Source of the DNA: an uncultured Bacilli bacterium
GTDB lineage: Bacteria; Bacillota_I; Bacilli_A; RFN20; CAG-449
Reading direction: 5' to 3'
NCBI GenBank assembly: GCA_944332225.1
Contig: CALVJO010000001.1
Location: forward strand, 46,566-110,565
DNA length: 64,000 bases
The position numbers were made by a program, and so were the translations under genes. Below, piece by piece: positions 55,623 through 64,000 of the stretch. Position 1 is the first letter of the stretch. Each line of letters begins with the position of its first letter. A model generated the notes under the pieces. It searched no databases and had not been told where the DNA came from. It saw nothing but the letters and a program-made list of their open reading frames with translations.

Positions 55623-56934
55623 AAAGAGAGAAAATAATGTTGTTTATAATTTCTTGTAAATATTCTTGGCGACCAGATTCAACTTCAATATTTGTTAAAC
55701 CTCTCGCGTAGCTATCTAATTCTTCAAAAGTGATATCGTTATCAACGATTTTCTTTCCGATTCCTTGCTTATAAGAACGATAACGATCTTCTTTGAATTC
55801 ATCGATTCTACCATCTTCAATGATCTTTGCTGCAATTCTTAATCCTAAAGCAAAAGTATCCATACCGGTTATATAAGCTAGCAAGATGTCTTCACTTGTA
55901 TTAGATTGTCTTCTAGTTTTCGCATCGAAGTTTAATCCTCCGTTTTTGAATCCACCTTCTTTGAGAACTTCTAGCATGCAATAAGTTGCATCATAGACAT
56001 TGAATGGGAATTCATCGGTATCCCAACCTAAAAGCATATCACCTTGGTTTGCATCTATTGAAGAGAATACTCCGTTGATTCTAGCCACTCTTAGCTCATG
56101 AGCAAAATCATGCTTAGCTAAAGTTGCATGGTTAGCTTCAATATTTAATTTAAAATCTTTTAAGAGATCATATTTTCTTAAGAAGTTGCAGCAGGTCGCG
56201 GCATCAAAATCGTATTGATGTTTAGTAGGTTCCTTTGGTTTAGGTTCGATTAAGAAATCTCCCTTAAATCCTTGCTTTCGACCATAATCTCTAGCTAGGG
56301 TTAAGAATCTAGCTAAATTATCATTTTCTAAGGCCATGTTGGTATTTAACAAGGTGTCATAACCTTCTCTGCCTCCCCAGAAAACATAAGCTGTACCGCC
56401 TAATTTTATATCAGCGTCGATGCAAGCTTTAACCTTGCTCGCGGCAACAGCAAAGATATCTGCATTAGGTGAAGTAGCCGCGCCGGCCATGAAGATTTTA
56501 TTTCCAAAGTTATTCGCTGTGTCCCATAACAATTTTTTATGATGTTTATCTTGAAGAACTTTAAGGTAGTCAACCATCTCATTAAAGTTATCTAAACTCT
56601 CTTGTAAAGTCTTTCCTTCAGGAGCGATATCAACATCGTGGAAACAATAATAATCGATATCTAATTTATCCATTAATTCAAAGGCGAAATCAGCCTTCTT
56701 ACGATAGATTTCTTTTGGATCTTTAAGGTTAAAATTCTTATCTCCTGTCGCTCCTCCAAACATATCAGCTCCAACATAATCAATCGTGTGCCAATAAGAT
56801 AAAGCAAATTTTAAATGGTCTCGCATCTTCTTTCCCATGATTATTTCATCAGGGTTATAGTATTTAAATGCAAATGGTTCTTTAGACTTTGGACCTTGGT
56901 AAGTTACTTTTTTAATTTCATCGTATTTTTTCAT
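55615..56934 (-). CDS. xylA: xylose isomerase
   Basis: 439 aa with the conserved FALSYWHT...FCFHD... region and metal-binding motifs. Confidence 0.95.
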   Translation of the reverse strand: MKKYDEIKKVTYQGPKSKEPFAFKYYNPDEIIMGKKMRDHLKFALSYWHTIDYVGADMFGGATGDKNFNLKDPKEIYRKKADFAFELMDKLDIDYYCFHDVDIAPEGKTLQESLDNFNEMVDYLKVLQDKHHKKLLWDTANNFGNKIFMAGAATSPNADIFAVAASKVKACIDADIKLGGTAYVFWGGREGYDTLLNTNMALENDNLARFLTLARDYGRKQGFKGDFLIEPKPKEPTKHQYDFDAATCCNFLRKYDLLKDFKLNIEANHATLAKHDFAHELRVARINGVFSSIDANQGDMLLGWDTDEFPFNVYDATYCMLEVLKEGGFKNGGLNFDAKTRRQSNTSEDILLAYITGMDTFALGLRIAAKIIEDGRIDEFKEDRYRSYKQGIGKKIVDNDITFEELDSYARGLTNIEVESGRQEYLQEIINNIIFSLYE

Positions 56935-57025
56935 AAAATGGCCTTTCTAATATAGTAAAAGTAAGTACAAGCTAAGGCACAATGCGCCTTAGCTTGTAAA
57001 TGTAAGAGATTTCTAGGAGGTAAAA

Positions 57026-59107
57026 TCAATAAGGATAGAATGGTAAATCATCAATAGAGCAAGATTGAAGATTGTAATAAGTTTTGGTTGACCATGTCCA
57101 TTGATTCGAGCTGTCGACACCGACAAGACTATTAATCGTGAGATTTGTTCCATCCATCGTGTAGGAACATTCCATGTATTGATTCATATCTTGATTGTTA
57201 TAATTGAATACCCATACAAGAGTAACTTTAGTTGAGTCATCTCCGAATATGAAGTAAGTATCAGTAGTTTGGTTGTATGCATTAGCTTTTGTGCTACTTC
57301 TCATGAAGATTTCTAAGGTGATTTTTAACATTCCATCTTGTTCGATAAGTTGGAATTCTTCTGGCAATAGATTATAAGTTTCATCACTTCCAGAAATCTT
57401 ATCACCGACTACTATTGAGGCGAGACCTTGAGTTCCTTCTAAAGTGATAGAGAAGGTAGCTTCGTTTGCTCCATCTGATATCTTAGCTTCAGTTGGCGAA
57501 GTGACTATTACAGTTACATCTTTTTCACTTAAAGTTCCGTGTAAGGTATTAGCTTCTTCACTTAAGTCAAAGGTAACAGGCATATTGTAAGTTTGACCAT
57601 TAGTCATTGGGAAGTTGATTTGGTTATTATCATAATCAAATTCATAAGGAATTGTCGAAGCATCGATTTCCTCTCTTCGATCATCGGTGACTCTAGTGAC
57701 TCTGATTCCAGTTGGATCGAATAAATCTACATATCGATAAGTTTTCTTAACTGATTCAGCAGAGAAATCAAATTCGTAAGTTGCTTTATCTTCTCCAACA
57801 TTAATCTTGAGAGATGTCTCGAAGATATCTTCTCCCTCCGCGTCACTTTGCCAAGAAACTTTGACATCTTGGTCACCTGATTTGGTCATATCTGGTAAAG
57901 TCCAAGTTGCTTCATCAGGGTTGATAATCGCAGAATGTCTTAAATCGTTTCTAATTAAATTAACGGTCCAAGAAGTCTTATCAAATTTTTCGCGGAATTC
58001 ATATTGTAAATCATCATCACCGTGATCAAGATAGATTCCGATTACAGGTGTGTACATAAATCCGTTCATCTTGAAGGTACGACCTCCGTTGACGTTAGAT
58101 TTTAAATCACCGTACCAATCATAATATGGGTCACGGCTTTGGTTACAAACCATATCATTACCCGCGGTGTCTTTTAATACTAGACAAGATAATCCTTCCG
58201 CGGTTTGGTTATACCAGTAACCATAGATATTAGTTCCTGATGCTGTACCGTTATATAATCCATCTTCCCAAAGGTAGATGTAAGAGTAAGTGTAATTGAA
58301 GTTTCCTTGATAAGCTTCGGTGTATTTTCCTTCAAATTCATAAACTTTATTGTGAAGGAATCGATCAGGAGACGATGAGACGTTATTGATGATTTGTTCA
58401 GCTGTCGCATCTTTATAAGGGTGAGTATCTTCTCGATAAACCACTTGAGTAGGATCAAAATCATACTCGATGGTTTTATCTTTCCATTCTTCTTGAATTT
58501 CATCAAGCGTCACGGTTTGACCGGCGCTTTTTGATGATGAGTTTAAAGAGGCTAAGGTTCCCGCGGATATTGATATTGCGAGAACAAATACGCAGGCTCC
58601 AGAGATTATTTTAATAAGATTATTCTTAGAAAAACGTCCTGTTCTTTTAACTTCTTCCGCGAATTCTTGCTCACCTTGCTTATTTAAGAAACCTAAGAAA
58701 GTAGCAACAACTGCGGAGATAACAATTATAAATTGCATTATGATGTAGAAAAGATTTAATGGGAAGTTTCCTCCTTGATAGGCGACTCCATTAATTTGGT
58801 CGACAATCAAGTTAGGAATTAAATAAATCTCTTTCATCAGCGATAAACAATAAGCGATTAACGCGCCGATATGAATAAATTTATATTCAGGTAAGACTAA
58901 GGTGACTATATCAAGGATTGCTCCAAGAATAATACAGACACCGATTACTTCAGGTAAGTTGCCCGCGGCATTATTTGCCATAGCTCCTTGGTAAGTAGCA
59001 AAGAAGACGATACCAAGAATTAGGGAGAGAATTATATCACCGATTACAATATAGTAACCGATGCCTTTGCCTTTTAAGAATTGTTTAATTTTTTCCATAT
59101 TCATCAC
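57026..59107 (-). CDS. hypothetical polytopic membrane protein (about 5 N-terminal TM helices) with a ~500-aa extracytoplasmic domain of unknown function
   Basis: The ORF is intact and starts 3 nt after the GH3 stop, so it is co-operonic. The large C-terminal domain is Tyr/Trp/Asn/Thr-rich with no known catalytic motifs. Confidence 0.5.
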   Translation of the reverse strand: MMNMEKIKQFLKGKGIGYYIVIGDIILSLILGIVFFATYQGAMANNAAGNLPEVIGVCIILGAILDIVTLVLPEYKFIHIGALIAYCLSLMKEIYLIPNLIVDQINGVAYQGGNFPLNLFYIIMQFIIVISAVVATFLGFLNKQGEQEFAEEVKRTGRFSKNNLIKIISGACVFVLAISISAGTLASLNSSSKSAGQTVTLDEIQEEWKDKTIEYDFDPTQVVYREDTHPYKDATAEQIINNVSSSPDRFLHNKVYEFEGKYTEAYQGNFNYTYSYIYLWEDGLYNGTASGTNIYGYWYNQTAEGLSCLVLKDTAGNDMVCNQSRDPYYDWYGDLKSNVNGGRTFKMNGFMYTPVIGIYLDHGDDDLQYEFREKFDKTSWTVNLIRNDLRHSAIINPDEATWTLPDMTKSGDQDVKVSWQSDAEGEDIFETSLKINVGEDKATYEFDFSAESVKKTYRYVDLFDPTGIRVTRVTDDRREEIDASTIPYEFDYDNNQINFPMTNGQTYNMPVTFDLSEEANTLHGTLSEKDVTVIVTSPTEAKISDGANEATFSITLEGTQGLASIVVGDKISGSDETYNLLPEEFQLIEQDGMLKITLEIFMRSSTKANAYNQTTDTYFIFGDDSTKVTLVWVFNYNNQDMNQYMECSYTMDGTNLTINSLVGVDSSNQWTWSTKTYYNLQSCSIDDLPFYPY

Positions 59108-59109
59108 CT

Positions 59110-62064
59110 CTAATTTGTTTCATTTTCTTTCTTTGCTTTATGAAAGAAATCAAAGTAGATGTAAGCTCCAAAAGCTAGAACAGTTAATCCGATCACGACT
59201 CCGTCCACAGCATAGATGGTAGTTTGCCACCATTGAGTTGTGGTAACTCCAGCGTCATCAACTGCACCTTCATCGCCCATCCAAGATTGTAATAAAGTGT
59301 ACATGATATGTTTATTAGCCTCTTGCATCAATTGTACGAAGTAACCATCATCGTTATCTTCGACGTATTGAACAAGCTGACTTCCTCTATTTCCATCGAG
59401 ACAGAAAATATCAGTTCCCGCGGCGACCATCGATGGTCCATTAGAGTAAGTTGAATAGTTAGATCCTTGCAAAGCATCATCGATGATTTGTCCTTGGAAA
59501 CCCCATTCTCCACGGAGGATATCTTTCATTAAGACTTCATGAGTAGCCGCGTAGGTTAATCCGATTCTGTTATAAGAAGTCATGATTCCTAAGCTTTCAC
59601 CTTTAGTTAAAGCTCCTTCAAACGGTTTTAAATAGATTTCTCTTATAGCTTGTTCGTTAGAGAAGGTTGCAACACCTTGACGGTTAGTTTCTTGGTTGTT
59701 GAGGAAGCAGTGCTTAATATTCATAATTAAGCCTTTTTCTCTAGCGGCTTTTGTGATATTAGAAGCAACTAAATAGTTCATTATTCCATCTTCTGACATA
59801 TATTCAGAAGCTCTAGAACCATAAGGAGTTCTATTGATATTAGCTCCCGGCGCGTTGACGCAGGCAACACCGCAGAAGAGAGCTTCTTCACCGTACATCG
59901 AACCAAATTTAGATTGAATATCATGGTCCCAAGATGCGGTGTAGATAGGTCCTGTTGCAAATCCTGTTGCAGAACGTTTGTCACCATATTGGAAAGTAGC
60001 AAGTAATCCTTCAGGTCCTTCGGCTATCGAGTTAGATGGCTTATTGACGGAAGTAACCGCGAGTAAGCCACGGTTATCAGACATAGAAGTAGCTAAATCA
60101 TTTAATGATAATTGTTTGATGAAGGCATCCCATTTTGGATCATCGTAAGGAACATCTGCCATGTTAGCAAAGTTGATTCTTTCAACTTCACCATCTTCGT
60201 TTACATTATCAACTGAATATAGAGTGCCTTCGCTTGCTGAGTAAGAAGGAGAAGATGAAGGCTTAACATAAGTGTTCATGTTCATCGCTTCTTTCATCTT
60301 ATCGTTGATGGTGAGGGTTTCAACTTCAGTTGGGAAAGTTTCGTCCCAATCTTGTCTAGTTAAGTAAACTATTTTTTCATCATCGTTTACCCAATAGTTA
60401 ACATCAGCATCATCGAACTTGTTGGTAACTTCAGTATCGTTATAGTGAGACGTTTTAAATGTTTCTAAATCTTCTTCAATGGTTAATTTATATACCGCGT
60501 CAGTTTTAGGAACATAGGTTTCACCTAAGTGGTCATATAGAGTTCCTTTTGGATAAGTGACACCTAATATATTATTTAAGGCTTCGTGAGCTCCGTTACC
60601 TAGACCTAGATAGTAATCTCCACCTTCTAAGATGTATTGTTTTAAGTTGTTTTCATCGTAAGAAGCGAGGAAATAACGATCGAAAGTAACTGATGTGGTG
60701 ACGGTTTCATGAGCTTTGACATCAACTTTATCGTATCCCATCAAAGCGATTGATGATTTTTCAATTAAATGCTCCTTATCATAATCTGTGTATGGTTGTT
60801 GAACATATACTTGAACTGAGGCTTTTCCGTCAACATCTCCAGTGTTAGTTACTTCAACATTAACTGTGTAAGTATCTTTTTCTTCATCGTAAGTTACGGA
60901 AGTTATTTTTTGAGAATAGGTGGTATACGATAAACCATATCCGAAAGGATAAGCCACCTCATTTGCATAATCCCAATTTAACGCGCCGTTGGAGGCACCT
61001 TTCGCGCTGGAGGCATTACCTTGATTTTTGATTAAATCTTCATATCTAGTTTCGTAGTATTTATATCCAACATAGATACCTTCTTTATAAACTACGTAAC
61101 CATTAACGTTATCTAGACCAGACCTATCTCCATCAAAAGGATAATTTCCAAAGTTTTGATAAGCTGCTGAGTTAGTTGAGTACGCTGCAAATGTATTAGG
61201 CGTGTGTCCTGAAGGATTCTTTTCTCCGGTTAATAAGTTAACAACACCAGTTAAAGAATAGTAACCAGGAACACCAAACCATAAAATCGCGTCTACTCCT
61301 AAAGTAGGATCATCGGCCCAATCTAATCCCATAGGCATCGCTCCATTTAATAAGACGATTGTCTTTTTAAATTTTCCTGAATCGTGAATCATCTTTAATA
61401 GATCACGTTCATTTTGAGTGATATCGAGAATTCCTTTTGCAGGATCGCTGTTTTCAGTTCCAACTCTTGTGAAGGTTACGATTGCAACATCACTATAATC
61501 ATCAAATGTATCTTTGACTGAATCAGTATAGATATCTACTGAAGCTTCTTTAACATCATTAACTGTTGGATCAGATCCTGAAGTGTAAAGATTCCAAACG
61601 GTTTTATTATAGTTAAATCCTTTTGATTCAAAGGCATCATTTAGATGAACAACTAAATCTTGGTTAGGTGCAGCTCCTCCTGCTCCTGAACGAAGACATA
61701 AGTGAGCAGAATTTCTTCCAAATAATGTAATATTTCTTTCTTCTTCTTTTAAAGGTAGAACGCCATCGTTCTTTAAAAGAACAGACCCTTCTTCCATCTC
61801 TTGAACGCAGAAAGCATAAGAATCTTTAATCATTTTCTCGTAGCCTTCATTGGTGAGATTTCCGTTTTCGTCCGCGTAGTCAGATCTTGTAGAGCTAGAT
61901 AGTTTGGTTCCTGTTAAGTTTAAAACATCGTTGATCAGCATTTGGTTATCCATAGCTACTTCAGTTAACGATAGTAAGGTCGTGGATAGCAAAATGCCTG
62001 TCGCGAATAAACCTAGCCATACTTTTCCTTTTGCCATAAAGTTTTCCTTTCTTTTGGAAGGCAA
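59110..62064 (-). CDS. glycoside hydrolase family 3 protein (beta-xylosidase / beta-glucosidase-like) with an N-terminal signal/TM and a C-terminal TM anchor; GH3 domain order appears permuted
   Basis: GH3 sandwich-domain motifs (LLKNDGVLPL, PFGYGLSYTTY) lie in the N-terminal half. Catalytic-domain motifs (IKHCF, LKPFE, MTSYNRI, GFQGQIIDD) lie in the C-terminal half. A hydrophobic C-terminal helix is followed by KAKKENETN. Confidence 0.75.
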   Translation of the reverse strand: MPSKRKENFMAKGKVWLGLFATGILLSTTLLSLTEVAMDNQMLINDVLNLTGTKLSSSTRSDYADENGNLTNEGYEKMIKDSYAFCVQEMEEGSVLLKNDGVLPLKEEERNITLFGRNSAHLCLRSGAGGAAPNQDLVVHLNDAFESKGFNYNKTVWNLYTSGSDPTVNDVKEASVDIYTDSVKDTFDDYSDVAIVTFTRVGTENSDPAKGILDITQNERDLLKMIHDSGKFKKTIVLLNGAMPMGLDWADDPTLGVDAILWFGVPGYYSLTGVVNLLTGEKNPSGHTPNTFAAYSTNSAAYQNFGNYPFDGDRSGLDNVNGYVVYKEGIYVGYKYYETRYEDLIKNQGNASSAKGASNGALNWDYANEVAYPFGYGLSYTTYSQKITSVTYDEEKDTYTVNVEVTNTGDVDGKASVQVYVQQPYTDYDKEHLIEKSSIALMGYDKVDVKAHETVTTSVTFDRYFLASYDENNLKQYILEGGDYYLGLGNGAHEALNNILGVTYPKGTLYDHLGETYVPKTDAVYKLTIEEDLETFKTSHYNDTEVTNKFDDADVNYWVNDDEKIVYLTRQDWDETFPTEVETLTINDKMKEAMNMNTYVKPSSSPSYSASEGTLYSVDNVNEDGEVERINFANMADVPYDDPKWDAFIKQLSLNDLATSMSDNRGLLAVTSVNKPSNSIAEGPEGLLATFQYGDKRSATGFATGPIYTASWDHDIQSKFGSMYGEEALFCGVACVNAPGANINRTPYGSRASEYMSEDGIMNYLVASNITKAAREKGLIMNIKHCFLNNQETNRQGVATFSNEQAIREIYLKPFEGALTKGESLGIMTSYNRIGLTYAATHEVLMKDILRGEWGFQGQIIDDALQGSNYSTYSNGPSMVAAGTDIFCLDGNRGSQLVQYVEDNDDGYFVQLMQEANKHIMYTLLQSWMGDEGAVDDAGVTTTQWWQTTIYAVDGVVIGLTVLAFGAYIYFDFFHKAKKENETN

Positions 62065-62251
62065 GAATATATTATTTGCTCGAGCTTCTTGCCTACTTTT
62101 TATAGTTTTAGTCTATGGTATGATTGCGTGTAAAAAATGACAATCATGCGAATAACCATTATATAAAGTTTAATACAATAATTGTTTTTGCAATCTTTTT
62201 ATAAAAATGTAAGCGTTTAACTTTATTAAAAATTGGTTTTGTGCTTAGATA

Positions 62252-63262
62252 ATGAGTATGAATAGCAATTATGAATTTATTAATCACCCTCAGATAAAAC
62301 ACGTCAAGTTTATTGTCAATCGAATAGTTTACTGCCATCATCACATTCATTCTGACTTTGAGATCGCTATGGTTTTAAAGGGTAAAGGAATCATAGAAAC
62401 CGAAAAAAATAAGTATCTATTAGAAGAAGGAGATCTATTTTTTGTTAATTCTTATGATAAGCATAGTTACTCAGCGACTTATATTGACGATAATTCTCTT
62501 TCTTTAGATGGAGATCAAGAACCTCCTCTATTTTTAATAGTCCAAATCTCATATCACTTTTTAAGAGAGTATTTTCCTTTAATTAGAAATGTTTCATTTG
62601 AATCATGTCTATTAAAAGAATATTTACCTCAAGAATATATGAATCTATTAAATAAATTATTAATATCAGGATCGATTCATTATTTTGAGATGGAACCATA
62701 TTTTCAACTTTCGGTAATCTCAACTTTATCATTCTTATTAAAGCTTTGCTTACAATATGTTCCAAACAAGATTATTTCTGATGAGGAAAAAGAAAATTTA
62801 AAGAAGAGAAACAACCGAATTCAAAGAATAATTAGCTATATCGATGAACATTATTCTTCTAAGATTAAACTTGAAGATATCGCGGATATGGAAGGAATCA
62901 CAACGACTCATCTCTCTCATATATTTTCTGAATCTTTTGGAGTTTCCTTCCAGCAATATTTAAATTTAAAAAGATTAGAAAAAAGTGTTCTTTTACTCGC
63001 GGATAAAAACAAGAAAATAATCGATGTATCTTATGAATGCGGATTTTCAGATCCTAAGTACATGAATCAGCTTTATAAAAAGTATTTTAACTGTAAGCCA
63101 AAGGAATTTAGAAGTCGAAACCTTGTTCAATTTAAGAATTTAATACCTAAAGAAATTAAGCAAGAGGAGACGGTTTTAACTGACTCTCAATCTATCGTAG
63201 AAATTAAGAATTATGTTTCTAAAAATAAAATTAAAGTCATATCAAAAGACATATTGATTTAG
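62252..63262 (+). CDS. AraC-family transcriptional regulator (cupin plus HTH), probably controlling the xyloside locus
   Basis: The C-terminal AraC HTH is IADMEGITTTHLSHIFSESFGVSFQQYLNLKRL...YMNQLYKKYFNCKPKEFR. An N-terminal cupin-like domain is present. Confidence 0.75.
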   Translation: MSMNSNYEFINHPQIKHVKFIVNRIVYCHHHIHSDFEIAMVLKGKGIIETEKNKYLLEEGDLFFVNSYDKHSYSATYIDDNSLSLDGDQEPPLFLIVQISYHFLREYFPLIRNVSFESCLLKEYLPQEYMNLLNKLLISGSIHYFEMEPYFQLSVISTLSFLLKLCLQYVPNKIISDEEKENLKKRNNRIQRIISYIDEHYSSKIKLEDIADMEGITTTHLSHIFSESFGVSFQQYLNLKRLEKSVLLLADKNKKIIDVSYECGFSDPKYMNQLYKKYFNCKPKEFRSRNLVQFKNLIPKEIKQEETVLTDSQSIVEIKNYVSKNKIKVISKDILI

Positions 63263-63302
63263 AAAATATTTAAATCTTTAATTTTTCCCTTTCCTTCTCT
63301 AA

Positions 63303-64000
<698 letters not shown>

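Noticed and set aside
62078-62111. 8-bp inverted repeat (GGCAAGAA...TTCTTGCC) in the 5' UTR of the GH3 gene, and a partial cre-like TGTAAGCGTTTAAC at 62198
   Set aside because: It is a single short hairpin without supporting conservation. The cre match is only partial. It is noted but not called as a regulatory feature.

Overview
This window is an AT-rich (about 28-30% GC) chromosomal segment from a low-GC Gram-positive anaerobe, most likely a Firmicutes or Erysipelotrichia-like lineage. The standard genetic code applies: TGA acts as a stop codon. The window is centred on the replication origin.

Origin block. The minus strand carries jag/khpB, yidC, rnpA and rpmH, with a strong sigma-A promoter for rpmH. 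A DnaA-box cluster lies upstream of dnaA, and a second tandem pair of perfect DnaA boxes plus an AT-rich stretch lies between dnaA and dnaN. On the plus strand follow dnaA, dnaN, yaaA (S4 domain), recF, gyrB, gyrA and serS.

Left of the origin. A compact six-gene shikimate operon (aroB-aroC-aroE::aroK-aroQ-DAHP synthase-aroA) lies on the minus strand. The N-terminal part of mnmE overlaps the aroA stop by 8 nt and runs off the window. Further right are a hypothetical protein plus SNF2-family helicase pair, a CarD-like regulator and mgsA. Then come a TetR regulator and a translationally coupled trio of SHOCT-like membrane protein, YfcE-like phosphoesterase and HD-domain hydrolase. The block ends with an esterase, a His/Cys-rich two-repeat permease, a stand-alone chorismate mutase, an XRE-type membrane protein and small zinc-ribbon ORFs.

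Right of the origin. An anaerobic and oxidative-stress set is present: nrdD-nrdG, a Fur-family (PerR-like) regulator with a rubrerythrin that has rubredoxin-like Cys4 motifs at both ends, and a desulfoferrodoxin. A glucuronide/hexuronate locus follows (GH2 beta-glucuronidase-like gene, AraC regulator, uxuA-uxuB-uxaC-kdgA-kdgK). After it come nnr, a small AT-rich stretch of hypothetical membrane genes, tilS-ftsH-dusB, and a xyloside/xylose locus (GH43, xylB, xylA, a 693-aa polytopic membrane protein of unknown function, a membrane-anchored GH3, AraC regulator). The window ends in the start of lysS.

No tRNA, rRNA, CRISPR array, integrase or transposase gene is evident.

The observations most worth a second look are listed here. 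A 50-bp inverted repeat pair (48/50 identical) brackets the oriC-containing 17.4-kb block. The hypothetical-plus-SNF2 pair may be a two-component system. The aroE-aroK gene fusion is unusual. A coupled phosphoesterase/HD-hydrolase operon sits with the SHOCT-like membrane protein. A candidate small-RNA locus, twin palindromic operators and a PerR-type box are present. A conserved-unknown membrane protein is co-operonic with the GH3 enzyme.
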